Shown here: piece after piece, positions 1-13,038 of the stretch
Numbering within the stretch: position 1 is the stretch's first letter
How the letters are laid out: every line of letters starts with the position of its first letter
From: Diplonema japonicum
Lineage: Eukaryota; Protista; Euglenozoa: Diplonemea
Assembly (NCBI GenBank): GCA_964019335.1
Contig: OZ025655.1
Location: forward strand, 496,001 to 560,000
DNA length: 64,000 nucleotides
Direction of reading: 5' to 3'
Notes under the pieces: model-generated
The model's input: the letters and a program-made list of their open reading frames with translations, nothing else
The model's database searches: none
What the model was told of the DNA's origin: nothing
Made by a program: the position numbers and the translations under genes

Positions 1-1287
1 TTCATCAACAATGGTGTACTTCGCTTCCTTTTTGCGGTCGAGGAAGGAGACCTCTGGCTCTGTAAAGAGGCGGCCGATGACAGACACAGGGACGGGACGG
101 AGGATGCTGTGGTTCCTAGCGATCATACTGTCTACGTAGATGCTGTTTCGCATTCCGATGGACACCGACTGCATCACATTTGTTGCAAGGACTGAGTTCG
201 TGGCCATCTGAGACAGCTCAGTCCCGAGAACGGTGTCGGTGTCAAGACACCCTTCGATACCAGCAAGGATCTTCTCATCCCTTACAGCGTGTGTGTTTTG
301 CATAAATTGTGCGTAGGCCTCAGCCAGTCCGTTGTAAGCTACTTTATATTGCGACGTCCACTTTGATATCATAGTGTCCTTCGATTCATTGAGGAAGTCC
401 AAGCACTTCAACAAGACGGATTCGTAATACATGGACATGTATGTGTTATACATGTAGTAGTTGTTTAAATGTTTCGATGCTTGCATGAGCGAGCGACCGA
501 AGTGGTATAGTTCCGGTGCGGGGCGGAGGACAACGTTTGAGAGCAGCCTGTCGACGGCCTCCTCCATCATCACGCAGTTTTGAAACCCGAGCGCAACATT
601 CTTCGACAATTTATTAATGTCGGTGATCCTAGCATGGTTGATGTACCTTTGTTCCCGCCCTTCGTGGTCGTACGTTGAGAGGGGTCTCGTCGTGATGGAC
701 CCCAGGTTGTTCTCCTTAACAAAGTCGAAGATGGTTTTTGTGTAGTCATCCGCCATTTTTGTTAGGAGCGCGCCACGTTCTGTGAGGTTGAAGGGCTGCA
801 TTACCAAACGAAACCTGTGCCCTTCACCCCCGGCGTTCTTCGCGGCCTTCATAACAAGCCTCATATCAATGAAATGTTTTGTCTCGCTCCCGCCCCATAG
901 CCTGTCGCTCTCCACACCGTAGTACTGCAGCATCCCTTCGTCTGCCATGGTCTCCATGCACTTAAAAGCTTCTGTAAGGTATGTGACAATGTCATCGTCA
1001 GTCTTGCAAATGGCATGTACCATGTGGACTGCATCGATAACCACCACATCGACGCAGTCGGTGCCACCTGATAGGATGGACTCTACTTGTGACCTTAGTA
1101 CGTGGTCCGCGGCACTCCAGTAGGACCCGAGCTTCTTGTTCACCGTGATCAGTCCCGAGAGCTTGAAGAGCGCGCCTTCGCTGAGCTTCTCGATATCCAA
1201 GGAAGGCTGCCCGGGGATGTAGAAACGATATTTCCTGTTCATGGCGTCACCGATGGCCTGCGGGTTCATCGACATGGCGGAGGAAGA

Positions 1288-1324
<37 letters not shown>

Positions 1325-2089
1325 TATTATTAAATAGATGAAACCCGCAATCATACCGAGTTCATCAGACTAACGTGCCCCGGGGGGTTCACTTGCGCAG
1401 TGGTGAATTCTCGGCTGTATGTGCTGAGTCTGTTTTTTTTTTTTTTTTTCTCTTTTTTTTTTTCCCTTCTCATACTCGCGTGAGTTTGGAAGCTTGGTGA
1501 AATCGGGGGTGACACAATTGATTTCCGCCCATACGTCAAAAGTGACCCAACCAACGCGCCCGATGCTAACGATGCCTGTTCGTGAAACGGATTTGTTGGT
1601 GGTGACCTGTGTGAGAGCGCTGTAGAAGCAGGAGACGGACGTGTTATCAGTCGCACTGAACTCGATGGTGTTTACCCCTGATGTGATGGATCGCATGATG
1701 GATGGAACATGGGCAGGGTTTTTAGGGTCCATGCGCTTTGCAGCATGTGTCAGAGCGCTGATGTAGAGATCCGTTCCGGGAAGCTTTCGGACCCAGTTCT
1801 GATCGATGCTGATGCCCCGGTCCTCAAAAAAAAGTTTTGTGCCCCTTTCTGTCGCCTTTCCCAAGAGTTCGTGCATTTCCGATTTCTCTGCACCCATGTT
1901 CACAAACTCTTCCTTTGTTTCGTCCCATGTCTTGCTGTCCTCGCCTTTCAACCTTCTGTCTCTAAGGTTTTGAAAACCCTTCTCCCTCTCCATATCTGCA
2001 TCGATCTCCTTCATGAAGTCCTTCGTACCCGTGCAGTACGCCCGTCGCAGGTATCGAAACGCTTGTCGCCGGTGGGGTGCTAATAACAT
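1..2089 (-). CDS. Aldo/keto-reductase-fold protein, probably catalytically degenerate, with a mitochondrial-type presequence; runs off the window start
   Basis: ATG at 2089 (MLLAPHRRQAFRYLRRAYC). Removing introns 1430-1475 and 1291-1356 joins the 1370..2221 ORF to a frame open to position 1. AKR-like segments: LPGTDLYISAL, SITSGVNTIE, GMLQYYGVES, FRLVMQPFNLTE, VSIGMRNSIYV. Confidence 0.7.
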
Positions 2090-2556
2090 TTTTTTCTTTT
2101 TAAATATTTTTTTTTTTCCTTTCTTTTTTTTTTCCTCCCCCGCTTTGTTGAGGTGAAAAGAATGCGGCATCTCAAAAAAAAAAAAAAAAAGAAAGCAAAA
2201 TATATGCGACACATTTGGCACTCCTTGTACAGTAGGGGAAAATATATACTATCGCTACTCCCATAGGAGATTGGACTGAACCGGGATGGTGGAGAGAAAC
2301 TTCTTCTTCTTATTCCCTCTTTTTCTTTTTTTGAAAGTGTGTGTGTTTTTTTCCTTTTTTTTTTCTTCCTTGTCCCGTGCTCCGTAAGTAATATTTCCCC
2401 TTACTGCAAATAAATAAACTCAAAAATGTAAAAAAGAAATGTAAAAAAAAAATAAAATAAATAAAAATAAAAATTTTCTTTCTCGGAATTTTTCCCCCAC
2501 TCTCATCTTCCTCGATTCTCTGTCATAACACAACAAAAAAAAAAAAAATCACGCAC

Positions 2557-2590
<34 letters not shown>

Positions 2591-2624
2591 CCTTTTCCTT
2601 CCTTGCTTCCCTCCTCTCTTTTTC

Positions 2625-4955
2625 TCAACTCATTGATGGTGTTATTTCCACCGCGAGGTTCGAAGGTTTCGCAATTGGTGTGAAAATCTTACGGATGGCG
2701 GGAAGCAGGGTCAGCGGGTCTGCCGCATCAGCTGCTATGATAGAGACAGTCCCGACAGCAACACCTGGGGTGTGCTGCCAGAAGCAGTGAGACGTAACAG
2801 ATCGCACTGATGGGTGTTGAGAAGCTTCTTGGAGGCAGGCAGCAAGGCTCTCCTCCTGTGATGGTGTAACCCCTTGAAGCAACAATTTACCAGCTTCCTT
2901 TATAAGGGGAAACGCACTAACAAAAATCAACCCTGCAATGCACAACGAACAAATGGGGTCCGCCTTGGACCAGCCTGTCCACTGCACAATGCAACTGCTC
3001 GCGATGACTCCAATGCTGCCAACGAGGTCGGCTAAAACATGTAAATAAACACCGCGCATGTTCATGCTCCCACCGGTGTTCCCATGGCTGTGCCCATGGC
3101 TGTGTCCACCTCCGTGGGAATGGGAAGAACAAGAAGATTCCTTCCCGACACCAATGTGGTGTGCCTCGTGGAAGAAAACAACTCCAATAATGTTGATCAG
3201 CAGACCGCCTATTGAAACGGGTAAAAGCCACGCACCGTCGATCTCAGGAGGATCGACGATTCGCCCTATGGCTTCAAAAGCAATCAGTAATGAAATACAC
3301 AACAACAGAACACCATTTGTGAATCCCGAGAGTACCTCGTACCTCCCGAAGCCGAAGGGGTGGTTGCTGTCCCGAGGCCATGTTGCGATAAATGCCGCTC
3401 CCAGTGCAAGGCCAACGCTTACCGAGTCGATCAACATGTGGAACGAATCTGAAACAAGACCCAACGACCCTGAGTATACCCCATACAGAAACTCCACAGA
3501 CGCATAAAAAAGGTTCAGGAGGAGGAAGACCAACAGCTTCCTGCTAGAGTGCGACTTCATTAAGGTGCTCAGAAAATCTTCGCCTTCCAAGCCTTCCATC
3601 TCGGGCAGCTCATACTCTGCAAACGGATCGCTTGAGCAGCTACCCGACATTCTTGTGATCATTGCTTGTGACGCAGTCAGCGACCACATCATCACCCCGC
3701 ACCCTGCTGTTAACACTACTGTGTACACAATGCTTTCCCTACCCTGCACCACGCAAACGATGTGGATCAACATTGCTGCGGTGAACGCGTAGGCACACTG
3801 CCTCCTTGATGACATCTTAACACGTGCATCGTTTCCTGATGATTTCCCGGCAAGTACTACGGGGAGCACTACCAATACTACGGAGTTTGCCATGAGGCAG
3901 AGAAGGTGCGGGATGGACTGGAGGACAGTCCACTGTGAGGTTTTTGAAGTTGAAAAAGAGTGTATAAACATACCGCATGCGGTGCAAAACCCGAGTACAA
4001 TATAATGAAGGGGACCAGCATAGGTGCGCTCAGCACCGTCGACACCACCGTCACGTTCGCGCTCCCGACGGACTTGCTCAGCGTAGTCTTGAAGGACTTC
4101 CTGAAAACCTCGTTTATACAGTACAGAAGCATCATCAACATTCCGGAAACCTTTTTATTTTATTCGCCCCCCCCCCCCCCCCCCGGCCTCCATACCGTGT
4201 CCTGCCCGAATACAAATAGATCGGGGTTGGCAGGCTGCCATGACGGGGGCTCGTAGTAAATATGCCCCACCGTGATTAAACCGATCGAAATTATAAACTT
4301 TTTTTTTTTTTTTTTTTTTTTTAAATATCACGCCATACTCTAAGGGCCATTCCTCGCCGTTTCATAAAGGCGTTACCTGCCGCACGGTTGCGATGCTCTG
4401 TGAGGAGGGCGAAGAAGAGATGTTCGCAATATTCCACCAACACCCCTTGTACAGGGTGTAGCATGAGAAGAGCTGAGGGGGAGGGGTTGTTATGATAGAA
4501 AATTGTACGGGTGGAGGGGAATACCAGTGGCCCACAGTATCGTGTTGAGCACCTGCCACCCAGCATGAATGGCAAGAGCTATTAGATTCACACGAATGCT
4601 CTGGTTCCACGTGAGCGCGCTACCGCCGATAAGCTGCCCCACTGCGCCGAAAAAGTTCGTGTAAAATATAAACACAAAAGGTGGAAGCTGGTAGAACAAC
4701 ATTAGTGCATATGACGAGAAGCATCCCAGCACACGCGTGATCACAGAAGCAACTTGGGCTGTGGCGTTGTTAATTTTTAAATTTAAATAAATACCAGTGT
4801 CCGATTTGACCAGCTTTGTAAGTAGCGGTTTCACTTTTCGCGAAGTGTAAAAAGTGCTGTTAAAAAAAAAAAGGAAGAAGAAGATAGTTTCGTTTCTCCC
4901 TCTTGTTTATTGCATACTTTGGTAGTCTTGCAGGCAGCATCGGTTCGTCATTCAT
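2625..4955 (-). CDS. Cation diffusion facilitator zinc transporter (ZnT5/Msc2-like, long N-terminal membrane region), 7 exons
   Basis: Motifs SLGLVSDSFHM, FGFGRYEVLSGF, His-rich loop, YLHVLADLVGS. Six GT-AG introns (4857-4917, 4759-4794, 4473-4524, 4298-4338, 4151-4195, 3933-3973) give one frame from ATG 4955. Confidence 0.9.
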
Positions 4956-5700
4956 TTGTTTAAAGAAGGTGCTCCGAAGAACCGGAAGGGGTGCCCTCCC
5001 CCCGCTTTTCACCCCTTTTTCTCTCCCTCCCTTCTCCCCTCACCTTGTTTTTTTGTTTTTTTTTTCTTCCGATTTACAAAAAAAAAAAAAAAAAAAAAAG
5101 AGAAAGAAAACGAAAAAAAAAAGAGCCAGAGAGAAAAATAAGGGGTTCGCACAGACTAAAAAAATTCGAGACGATGGGGGGGGGGGGGGGGGGGGGAGGG
5201 GGGAGGGAAGTGGCAGCTTCCACCAACCCATATTTATCTCGCTGTGTCGTTACATGGAAGCAAACAATAAAGAAGAAGAAGAAGAAGAAAAAGAAAAAAA
5301 AACGAAAATAGATTAATAGAACTGAAATGCTCAATTTCTTTTTTTTTTTTGTATTATAAGATTTTATTGTATTTTCCTCTTTTTTTTTCCCCCCTCTCTC
5401 TATAGTACACCAAAAATTGCGCAACTAATTGTCGTGAAAAAGAAAAAAAAATAAAGGGAGGGGAGAAAATCTCACTATGAAACCTCCGTGCGTCTCCGTG
5501 CTCTCCTCCCCCCCCGGAATTACTGAACGTGTTGTTAAAAAAAAATAAAGAATAAAATAAAAAAAAAGACCAAGCGTTTCAAACAAAAAGAAGAAAAAAA
5601 AAAGAAAAAAAAAAAGCCAAATTAAAAAAAAAAAAAAAAAGTGTAATTGTACTGCGTGTAAAAACAAGAAATAATTATTTATGAAACAAAAAAGAAAATC

Positions 5701-5741
<41 letters not shown>

Positions 5742-5776
5742 GAGAAGAAGCAAAATAAAAAAAAATACATATATCA

Positions 5777-7132
5777 TCACACCGCCTTCACCTTTATCCC
5801 TCTGAACACAAGATCAAGCTTTGCGAGTGTGAAATCAACGTCGTCAGCATTGATACACATAGGAGGCTTTATACGAAGTACAGACCCCTGCGGCCCGCCC
5901 TTTCCAATAAGAATCCCATGCTCACGTAATTGATCGACCGACTGTGCGGTGTATGAAGGGTCATGAAGCTCCATTCCAAGCATAAGCCCACGCCCTCTAA
6001 TAGACTTCACAATGGAAGGATGTGTCTTTAGAAGACATTTAAAACCATCTGTGAAACGTTCTCCGAGAATTGAACTGTTCTTTTGAAGACCCTCTTCATC
6101 GATGACTTTAAGAGTTTCAAGACCAACGGCCATGGAGACTGGGTTGCCGCCAAACGTGTTGAAAAATCCGGTTCCTGTCATGGAGTCTGCGATGTGTTTC
6201 TTAACGATAACCGCGCCGATGGGCCAACCGTTACCAATGGACTTCGCACAGACAACGACATCGGGGACGACATTATCATGATCCTTGTCGAACCCCCAGT
6301 AGCAGTCGCCAAGACGGCCGAAACCGGTTTGAACCTCATCTGACACACATATTCCTCCGTGGTGGCGGACAATGTCATATGCTCCCTTCACGTATCCTTT
6401 AGGAAGCTCAAGACATCCACCGACACCTTGTATATTTTCGCATCCGAATCCGGCCACAGAACTGCATGTTTCTCTGATCATGCAATCGAGGTCTGACAGG
6501 TAGTTGTTAACAGTGTTTTCAGGGAACATTGCGTTGTTTATGTCTGGGCAGAGAGCGTGTTTAATCGACGGGTCGGCTGGGACTTTCCATGCCCAACCGG
6601 GTGATGCCGTTGCACCCCGTGCACCTTGCGAACCAATACCGTGGTACCCATTACGTAGAGTTATGTAGTTGTGGTTTTTTGTGTGTACCTTTGCTGTGAG
6701 CATGGCGAACTCGGTGGCTTCCCCGCCGCTGTTCGTGAACAGTACGACCCAGTCGTGTTCCTTGGGCATTTTCCCAACCATGTACTCCGCCATGGCCCCG
6801 TAATTGTCGTTCATGTAAAGCGTTGTGGTATGCCAGATTTTCTTCATTTGTTCCACGCCGGCGTTTACCACCCTTGGATGGCAGTGGCCCACGCTCGTTG
6901 TCACTACACCCCCGTACAGGTCAAGATATCTGTTTTTATGTTCATCCCATACATATTGCATCTTACCCTCTACGAGAGTTAAAGGATTCTCTGGGTACCA
7001 CCACGTGAGTACCGGGTGGATGTATTTCTTCCTCCTTTCCACGATTTCGTTTGTTCCCGGTCCCGAGTAATCCATTGGTTCAAAGGAGCACGCGGGCATC
7101 GACAACGCTCTTCTCGAAATTGCTTTCATCAT
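5777..7132 (-). CDS. AGXT2: Alanine-glyoxylate aminotransferase 2-like class III PLP aminotransferase, mitochondrial
   Basis: Intronless 451 aa ORF with YLDLYGG, SVGHCHP, FTNSGGEA, SDEVQTGFGR, AKSIGNG (PLP lysine), FNTFGGNP, LRIKPPMC. Confidence 0.9.
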   Translation of the reverse strand: MMKAISRRALSMPACSFEPMDYSGPGTNEIVERRKKYIHPVLTWWYPENPLTLVEGKMQYVWDEHKNRYLDLYGGVVTTSVGHCHPRVVNAGVEQMKKIWHTTTLYMNDNYGAMAEYMVGKMPKEHDWVVLFTNSGGEATEFAMLTAKVHTKNHNYITLRNGYHGIGSQGARGATASPGWAWKVPADPSIKHALCPDINNAMFPENTVNNYLSDLDCMIRETCSSVAGFGCENIQGVGGCLELPKGYVKGAYDIVRHHGGICVSDEVQTGFGRLGDCYWGFDKDHDNVVPDVVVCAKSIGNGWPIGAVIVKKHIADSMTGTGFFNTFGGNPVSMAVGLETLKVIDEEGLQKNSSILGERFTDGFKCLLKTHPSIVKSIRGRGLMLGMELHDPSYTAQSVDQLREHGILIGKGGPQGSVLRIKPPMCINADDVDFTLAKLDLVFRGIKVKAV

Positions 7133-7716
7133 TTTTTTGGTTAACCTTTTTTTTTTTTTTTTTTTTTTTTGGAAAAAAAGGGAGTAAAACGAGAAGGAAA
7201 AAAAAAAAGAATTGGGAAAATAAAAAGAAGAAAAAAAAAATATAAAATGGTGGTAGAATATACGAGAGGGGGTGGGAAGAAAAAAAAAATGGCTCGAAGG
7301 TTGGTAGGGGGAGAAGGGGTACGGACGTAAAAAAAAAGGGGGGGGATAAAGTGCCCAAAGGTGTTTTTTTTGTCGTTATTTTTTTTTCTTTGACCCCGGT
7401 ATTTCTTCTTTCAAATTATTGGTCGCCACACTAGGAGAAGGGGTATAAAAAATAAGGGGGGGGGATACACTGAAAAGGAAAAAAAAACTTGCTAAAAAAA
7501 AAGAACAAAAAAAACCCCCTCTCCCCCCCTGTCCTTCCGACTTTTTTTTTCCCGTTATCCAGTTTGTATTGGATAAACCCTTTTCCTATAAAAAAAAGAA
7601 AAAGAAAAATTAGAAGGTCTGAAGTGGGGAGGGAAAAATAACATGGAAAAAAAAAAAAAAAAAGAGAAGTAAAAAAAACCAAAGGAAAAAAAAAAAGGGG
7701 GAAAAAGAAAACCCAC

Positions 7717-9204
7717 CTAGAATTCGTTACGGTAAGCCTGCGTTATGTAATTTTTGAAGAAAAAAAAAAGAAAAAAAAGCTATACCTTCTTGTCCATTGT
7801 GGGAATGTCGGCATCCTCAAAAGACTCCTCAAGGCTGAAGGCAGTCTTGAAGTCTTGGTCAGCACCATCGATCTTGCCTTGGTTGTAGCGGGTCTGTGGA
7901 TTTTTTTTTTCCCCTCTTTTTTTTTTCTCCATGTTCTAACAAACCTGTCCCCTTACGTTGAGCACGCTGTACATGTCCATGTAGTTGCCGTCAAAGACGA
8001 TCTCCGTGCACAGCTTCTCAGCAGTGCTGTTGTCGCCCTCCTGGATCAAGGCTTGTGCGTAGGTCAGCTTGCACCTGTCCCTCACCTGCGTTGCCAAGGA
8101 GACAGACAGCTTCTTCTGCATGGAGACCACGTTCTCCAGGTCCGCCACGCCCTGCGGCGCTGTGGCCAGCATTTCCAGCTCCTGGCCCACGTTCACCCCC
8201 TGGCTGCGCTGCACCATCCCCACCTTCCCCCCAGTGTAGTTGTCAAGCATGTACCGAGTCTGCATGGACCCCTCGCCCTTCCACGTCTTCACCTTCATCA
8301 GCTGCACGTCCGGCTTCGGTGTGAAGTTAAACGCATGCACTTCGATCGCCGCTTCGCACGACGTGATGGCCAGCAGCTCCTCCTGGTTCAGCCCGGGGTA
8401 CCTGGCGACAAGCTTCTCCTCCATCGCCTTGTCCGTCCTCACCGACTCCCCATCAAGGATGCACCCCAACACCGTCTTGTAGCTGTTCTGGTACTTGAAG
8501 TCCACGTAGTCCGCGAAGGCGACAGCGGAGTTGATGTCCGAGATGTACTGCTCGTTCTTGCCCTTCTTGGAGGCGACCTCCTTGTTGGCATTGTTGAGGG
8601 CCTCCTTGAGGATGGGCGCGGCGGCCTGGTCGCCCTTGGCGAGGAGGTGCTCACCGTAAGCGAGGTAGATGGACCAGTCGTCGGACAGGAGTTTGGACAG
8701 CTCCGCGAAGGCTTCCGAGGCGTCCTGTGTGTAGACGGCGATGCTGGGGGTGTCCATGTTGGTGTCCGCCGCCTTGACGATGTGTGCGTAGTAGTAGTAG
8801 GCAGAGGCGGCGATGTCTGCCTTGGCTGCGAGGTAGGCGGGGTAGTCGCTGCTGGAAGGGGAGAATGATGTGGAGGAGAGGGCCTTTTTCGCACCCTCGA
8901 AGTCATTCATTGCAAGGAGTGCCTTGGCCTTCCCGATGGTTGCGGCCCCAGTGCTGACTCCCTTGGAGATCACACTGTCGAAGGCAGAGACAAGCCTGAC
9001 GGCATCAGTGCTGTCCAGGTCCTCCTGAGGCCACACCCTCATCAAGCTCCCCGCATCGCAGGTACCGCCCCTGAGCCCCGTGCTGAGCGCGTCAGCTTTC
9101 GACAGCCCGGACCCCCTCTGTGTCACGGTGGTCCTGGTCTTAAACCCGCTTGCGTACCTGGCACCCGCCTTGTTCAACGCCCTTCTTGCTACTCTGGTTA
9201 TCAT
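7717..9204 (-). CDS. TPR-like helical repeat protein with mitochondrial-type presequence, function unknown
   Basis: 422 aa ORF extended by removing introns 7894-7944 and 7738-7785 to ...VRGQ|TRYNQGKIDGADQDFKTAFSL...DKK|AYRNEF*. This completes a TPR-like motif. N-terminus is Arg-rich. Confidence 0.7.
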
Positions 9205-9644
9205 TCTTTTTTTTTTTTAAAAAAAAGCTTTTTCTTTTTGTAAGGCTGATGAACTCTGTTGTGTGGGGGTGGGGGGGTTTTTTTTTCTTCTTCTTTTATG
9301 AGATGTAAAAAAAAAAAAAAAAAAAAAGCGATGTTGACGGGCAAATCCCAGTTTAGGACCGCCCCTAAAAGAAACACAAAGAAGAAAGTGACGGAGGATT
9401 GGGGGGGAGGGGGAAACAACAGAACGAGTTTGGCGGCTTGCTCTGTAAACTTCCGTGGGGGTGGAGTGACAGTAGGGAGGGGAAAAGAAGAAAAAAAAAG
9501 AAACGAAAAAAAAAAAAAAACGAAGGTGACAGGCATAGTCACCCCTACTAGTATACACCATGCAGGAGAAAGAAAGGAGAACGAAATATAAAAGAGGTAC
9601 ACCATTAGACGTTTTTTAAAAAGTGGGTGAGGGGGGGGAAAGAC

Positions 9645-9677
<33 letters not shown>

Positions 9678-9678
<1 letters not shown>

Positions 9679-11360
9679 ATAGCCTGCACGTTATAACGCA
9701 AGCATAACGTTATCAAATTGATATTTTAATACCCGGTATCAAATACCATAACGCAAAAAAGGGCCCATAATCTTGTTACGTACCCGTTATTTTAACGATA
9801 TCGAATTAAATAACGTTATTTTAATCAGTGAAATATTAAAATAACGTTATTTAATTCGTGCAAATATTAAAATAACGTTATTTTATTCGGAATAACGTTA
9901 TTTTATTCAATGGATGATCGATGTTGCCAATATTTTTACCAAGACCATTTTCAATTTTTTTTTTTTTTTTTCAAAAACCCTATTTTGACGATCTGAGCCT
10001 ATTCCGACCTCCAAATTACTATTTAAGGCTTTAAATGCAGTTTTGAAAAAATTGGGTTTTAGGACTGTAATCAATATTGGGCCAGGGTCGATTCTTTACC
10101 CATATTTCAGGCAAAAAAAAAAAAAAAAAAAAAAAACCCATGTATGATATGAATCCGTCCAGAAAGAATATGTTCAACATTGCTTTTCTGGAAAATAATC
10201 CTTTTCTATGTCGTTTCGATACTCTAGTGGGTCGGCTTTGTGTATCTGGGGCCCCCGAGAGACGAATAGAAGGGTTGTAATGAGTAGGTTTTAATGCTCG
10301 CCTCCCATTTTAATTTTATTGACTTTTGATGTCGCTCCTAGTTAAAATTTAAACATGAAGGGAGGGAAACTGGTAAAAAGGTAGTCTCAATTTTAGTGCC
10401 ATGCGGTATGTGACACAGCGGCCACCCCTGTGAAACTTCGCCGAAGCCTCCCAAGTCCCCTGTGGTCGTAGTAAGTAAAAGCGGAGAGGTAAAGAAGGTT
10501 TTTCAAAAAGGGAGGAGCCACAGAAGCAATTAAACACCAACTGGGGAGTTGTGGGAGGCTTGCTTCACTGGCACAAGGCCGCGGAGAGGCTACTTGCCAC
10601 CTGGTGAAACCACCTCCTTGTTCTGTTTATTGGGATAAGGGACTCTCCAGGAGGGCGATGCTAACCGGCGCCACGCGTAGGGTGGGCCTCCACCCCCGTC
10701 AAGGTTTCCCCACGTGTACGGCTTCAGAAATGACCCAGGAACCACCACTGGGAGGTCGGTCAACATCGGTCCCCTAAAAAAGGGGAAACTAACTTTTCTG
10801 GAAAATAATCCTCGTGCATTCGTTAGCTTTCTCTGGAATATCCGCAGCAGCACTAAAGAGAGTCCTTGTCTCCAGACGTTCCTGCCACCACGGACTGCTC
10901 GTGTTGTAAGAACAGGCTTTTACCCTCTGCTTACGATGCAGCGAACAAAGCGCTGTTCCCTCATGCATCTCATGCATCGTCTGGAGTCCTACTGACTCGG
11001 GAATCTCTCCTAAGTCCTTTCTGGGGGTAGCCATGCCTTCCAAACACCCACAAGTAGTCTCTATCCCTCCCTGTTGCATTCTTGAAACAGCGTCTTCTCA
11101 TTCTCCAAATTTTCACCGATTAAAATAACATAAAATAACATAAAATAACGCACCCAAAATTCGCCCAAATTGGGGTGGGCTTCGGATGTTAAGTTACCCA
11201 TGTTCATGGTCTCCAAAAATCATATTTTGTGCTTCTGGACCCCATCTCGACATCTGCGGGGGTATAGAGGACCTCGGCGTGCCCAGGCCAATTTTGCACT
11301 ATTTAAATACCCGAACCGATTAAAATACCCGATTGGTATCGGTATAACGTGCAGGCTATG
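9678..11360. mobile_element. Non-autonomous hAT-like DNA transposon, 1683 bp
   Basis: Perfect 18-bp TIR CATAGCCTGCACGTTATA (9678-9695) / TATAACGTGCAGGCTATG (11343-11360), with A-runs on both sides. Subterminal AATAACGTTATT palindromes and TACCCG motifs. Minus-strand relic SPWWQER..LFSAAADIPEKANECTRIIF weakly resembles the hAT dimerisation domain. Confidence 0.85.
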
Positions 11361-11831
11361 AAAAAAAAAAAAAATGGGTGACCCTTAAGAAAAAAAAAGA
11401 GGGGGTAGTAAAAGAAAAAAGAGGGGGAAAGGATGGGGCTCTTTGCTTATTATTTTTTCTCCCCCCCCTCCTTCGTCTGTCTGACCGGGTGTAAAACCCA
11501 AACTATTCAAAATGTAGAAAAGGTTTCTCTTTCTTTGAGAATCTTTTTTTTTTCTTTTTTTCTGTTTTGTTTCCTTTCTCTCTCTTTCTTTTTCTTTCTT
11601 TTTTTTTTTTTGTTCATTTGTATAAGATGTACCCCTGTTCACACTAAAGAGGAAGACGAAAAGAGAAAATACTTTTTTTTAAAAAAAAAAAAGATCACAA
11701 AAACTCCTCACACACACGAAAGGGTGGCCATAACATTCTTGTTTATAACACCCCCCCTTCCCCCCCCCCTCCTATCCCTCTTTCTCTTTTGCACGTTTGG
11801 AAATAACACGAGAAATACAAACAAAGAAAAC

Positions 11832-11877
<46 letters not shown>

Positions 11878-11878
11878 C

Positions 11879-12886
11879 TCAGTACAGCCCAGCATCAACC
11901 TTCACCTTAATCTTCTGCAACATATCACCAACCATTGTGTCAAGATCGTAGTCAGGTTTCCAGCTTTTTTTTTTTTTTTTCTTTTTTTCTTTTTCCCCCC
12001 ACATACCTCCAGTCCTTACGGGCATAGGTATCGTCAAGCGAATCCGGCCACGTGTGCGCAATGTCTTGCCTGAAATCAGGCGCATATTCGATTTCGAAAT
12101 GCGGGATATGTTTCTTAACGGCGGCTGCGATCTCGGCAGGCGTGAAGGACAGCGCACCCACATTGTAAACATCTCTCGTAAGAACCTCCCTCGGCGCCTC
12201 GAGCAGGTCCACCGTCGCCTTCAAACAATCCGGCATGTACATCATAGGCAGCGCCTCATCCTTGTCAATGTTACACACAAATCTACCGTTTTTAACAGCC
12301 TCATAGAAGATCATAACGGCGTAGTCGGTAGTACCACCACCAGGAAGCGTGTCGCCAGAAATGATACCAGGGTACCTTAAGCAACGGAAATCCATGCCGT
12401 ACTTCTGGTGGTAATATTCACCAAGCTGTTCCAAGAAGACCTTGGTGACCCCATACACGGTAGTGGGGAGGAGGATGGTATCATCTTTGGTCATGACTTT
12501 TCCTGATTCTGGGGAGAAGACGGCGATGGTGGAGGGGGCGAGGACGCGGAGGTTGAAGTTCTTGCATATGTCAAAGATGTTCCTCACCCCGTTGACATTG
12601 ACATCCATGGCAAGCGGCGGGTTCATTTCACCAACACCCGAGATGATGCTGCTGTTGTGCACGATCCAGTCGATTCTGTAATCGACAACAACCTTCGCCA
12701 GTGTCGCGTAGTCCAGGACGTCCACGAACACGAAGGGACCGTCCTCTTTTGTTTGCGGGAGTTTCACATCGCTGGCTATGACGTTCTCATTGCCATGCTT
12801 CTCCCTCAATATCCTGATCAGTTCTGCCCCAATCTGCCCCAGCGCTCCCGTTATAAGAATTCTGGAAGAAAAAAAAAAAATTTTTT

Positions 12887-12918
<32 letters not shown>

Positions 12919-13038
12919 TTACCTCGGGCTGTCGCCACCTTTAAACTGGGACTGGAACATTCTCTGCCCCATTGTTGCCCTGTTGTTTCCGGCAATCGCA
13001 CCCAGCATGCCTCTTCTCACCAATCCTCGGAAATTCAT
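11879..13038 (-). CDS. TDH: L-threonine 3-dehydrogenase (SDR type), mitochondrial, 3 exons
   Basis: ILITGALGQIG, YGVTK, DFRCLRYPG, PGGGTTDYAV, WPDSLDD. Introns 12862-12922 and 11964-12006 restore DSPR|ILIT and KDWS|WKPDYDL. Confidence 0.93.

Noticed and set aside
7855-8906. Long antisense and alternative-frame ORFs over GC-rich genes (also within 19099-21165 and 50171-54934)
   Set aside because: Shadows of GC3-rich codon usage on the real minus-strand genes.
9780-9910. AATAACGTTATT repeats (and CATTATTTAAC repeats at 36015-36101) as a CRISPR-like array
   Set aside because: Repeats are short and irregularly spaced, with no unique spacers and no cas genes; they are subterminal motifs of transposons in a eukaryote.
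11952-12006. Programmed frameshifting on A-runs as the explanation for frame breaks near gene ends
   Set aside because: Each break is bounded by GT...AG, and removing it restores conserved sequence without poly-Lys, so introns explain it better.
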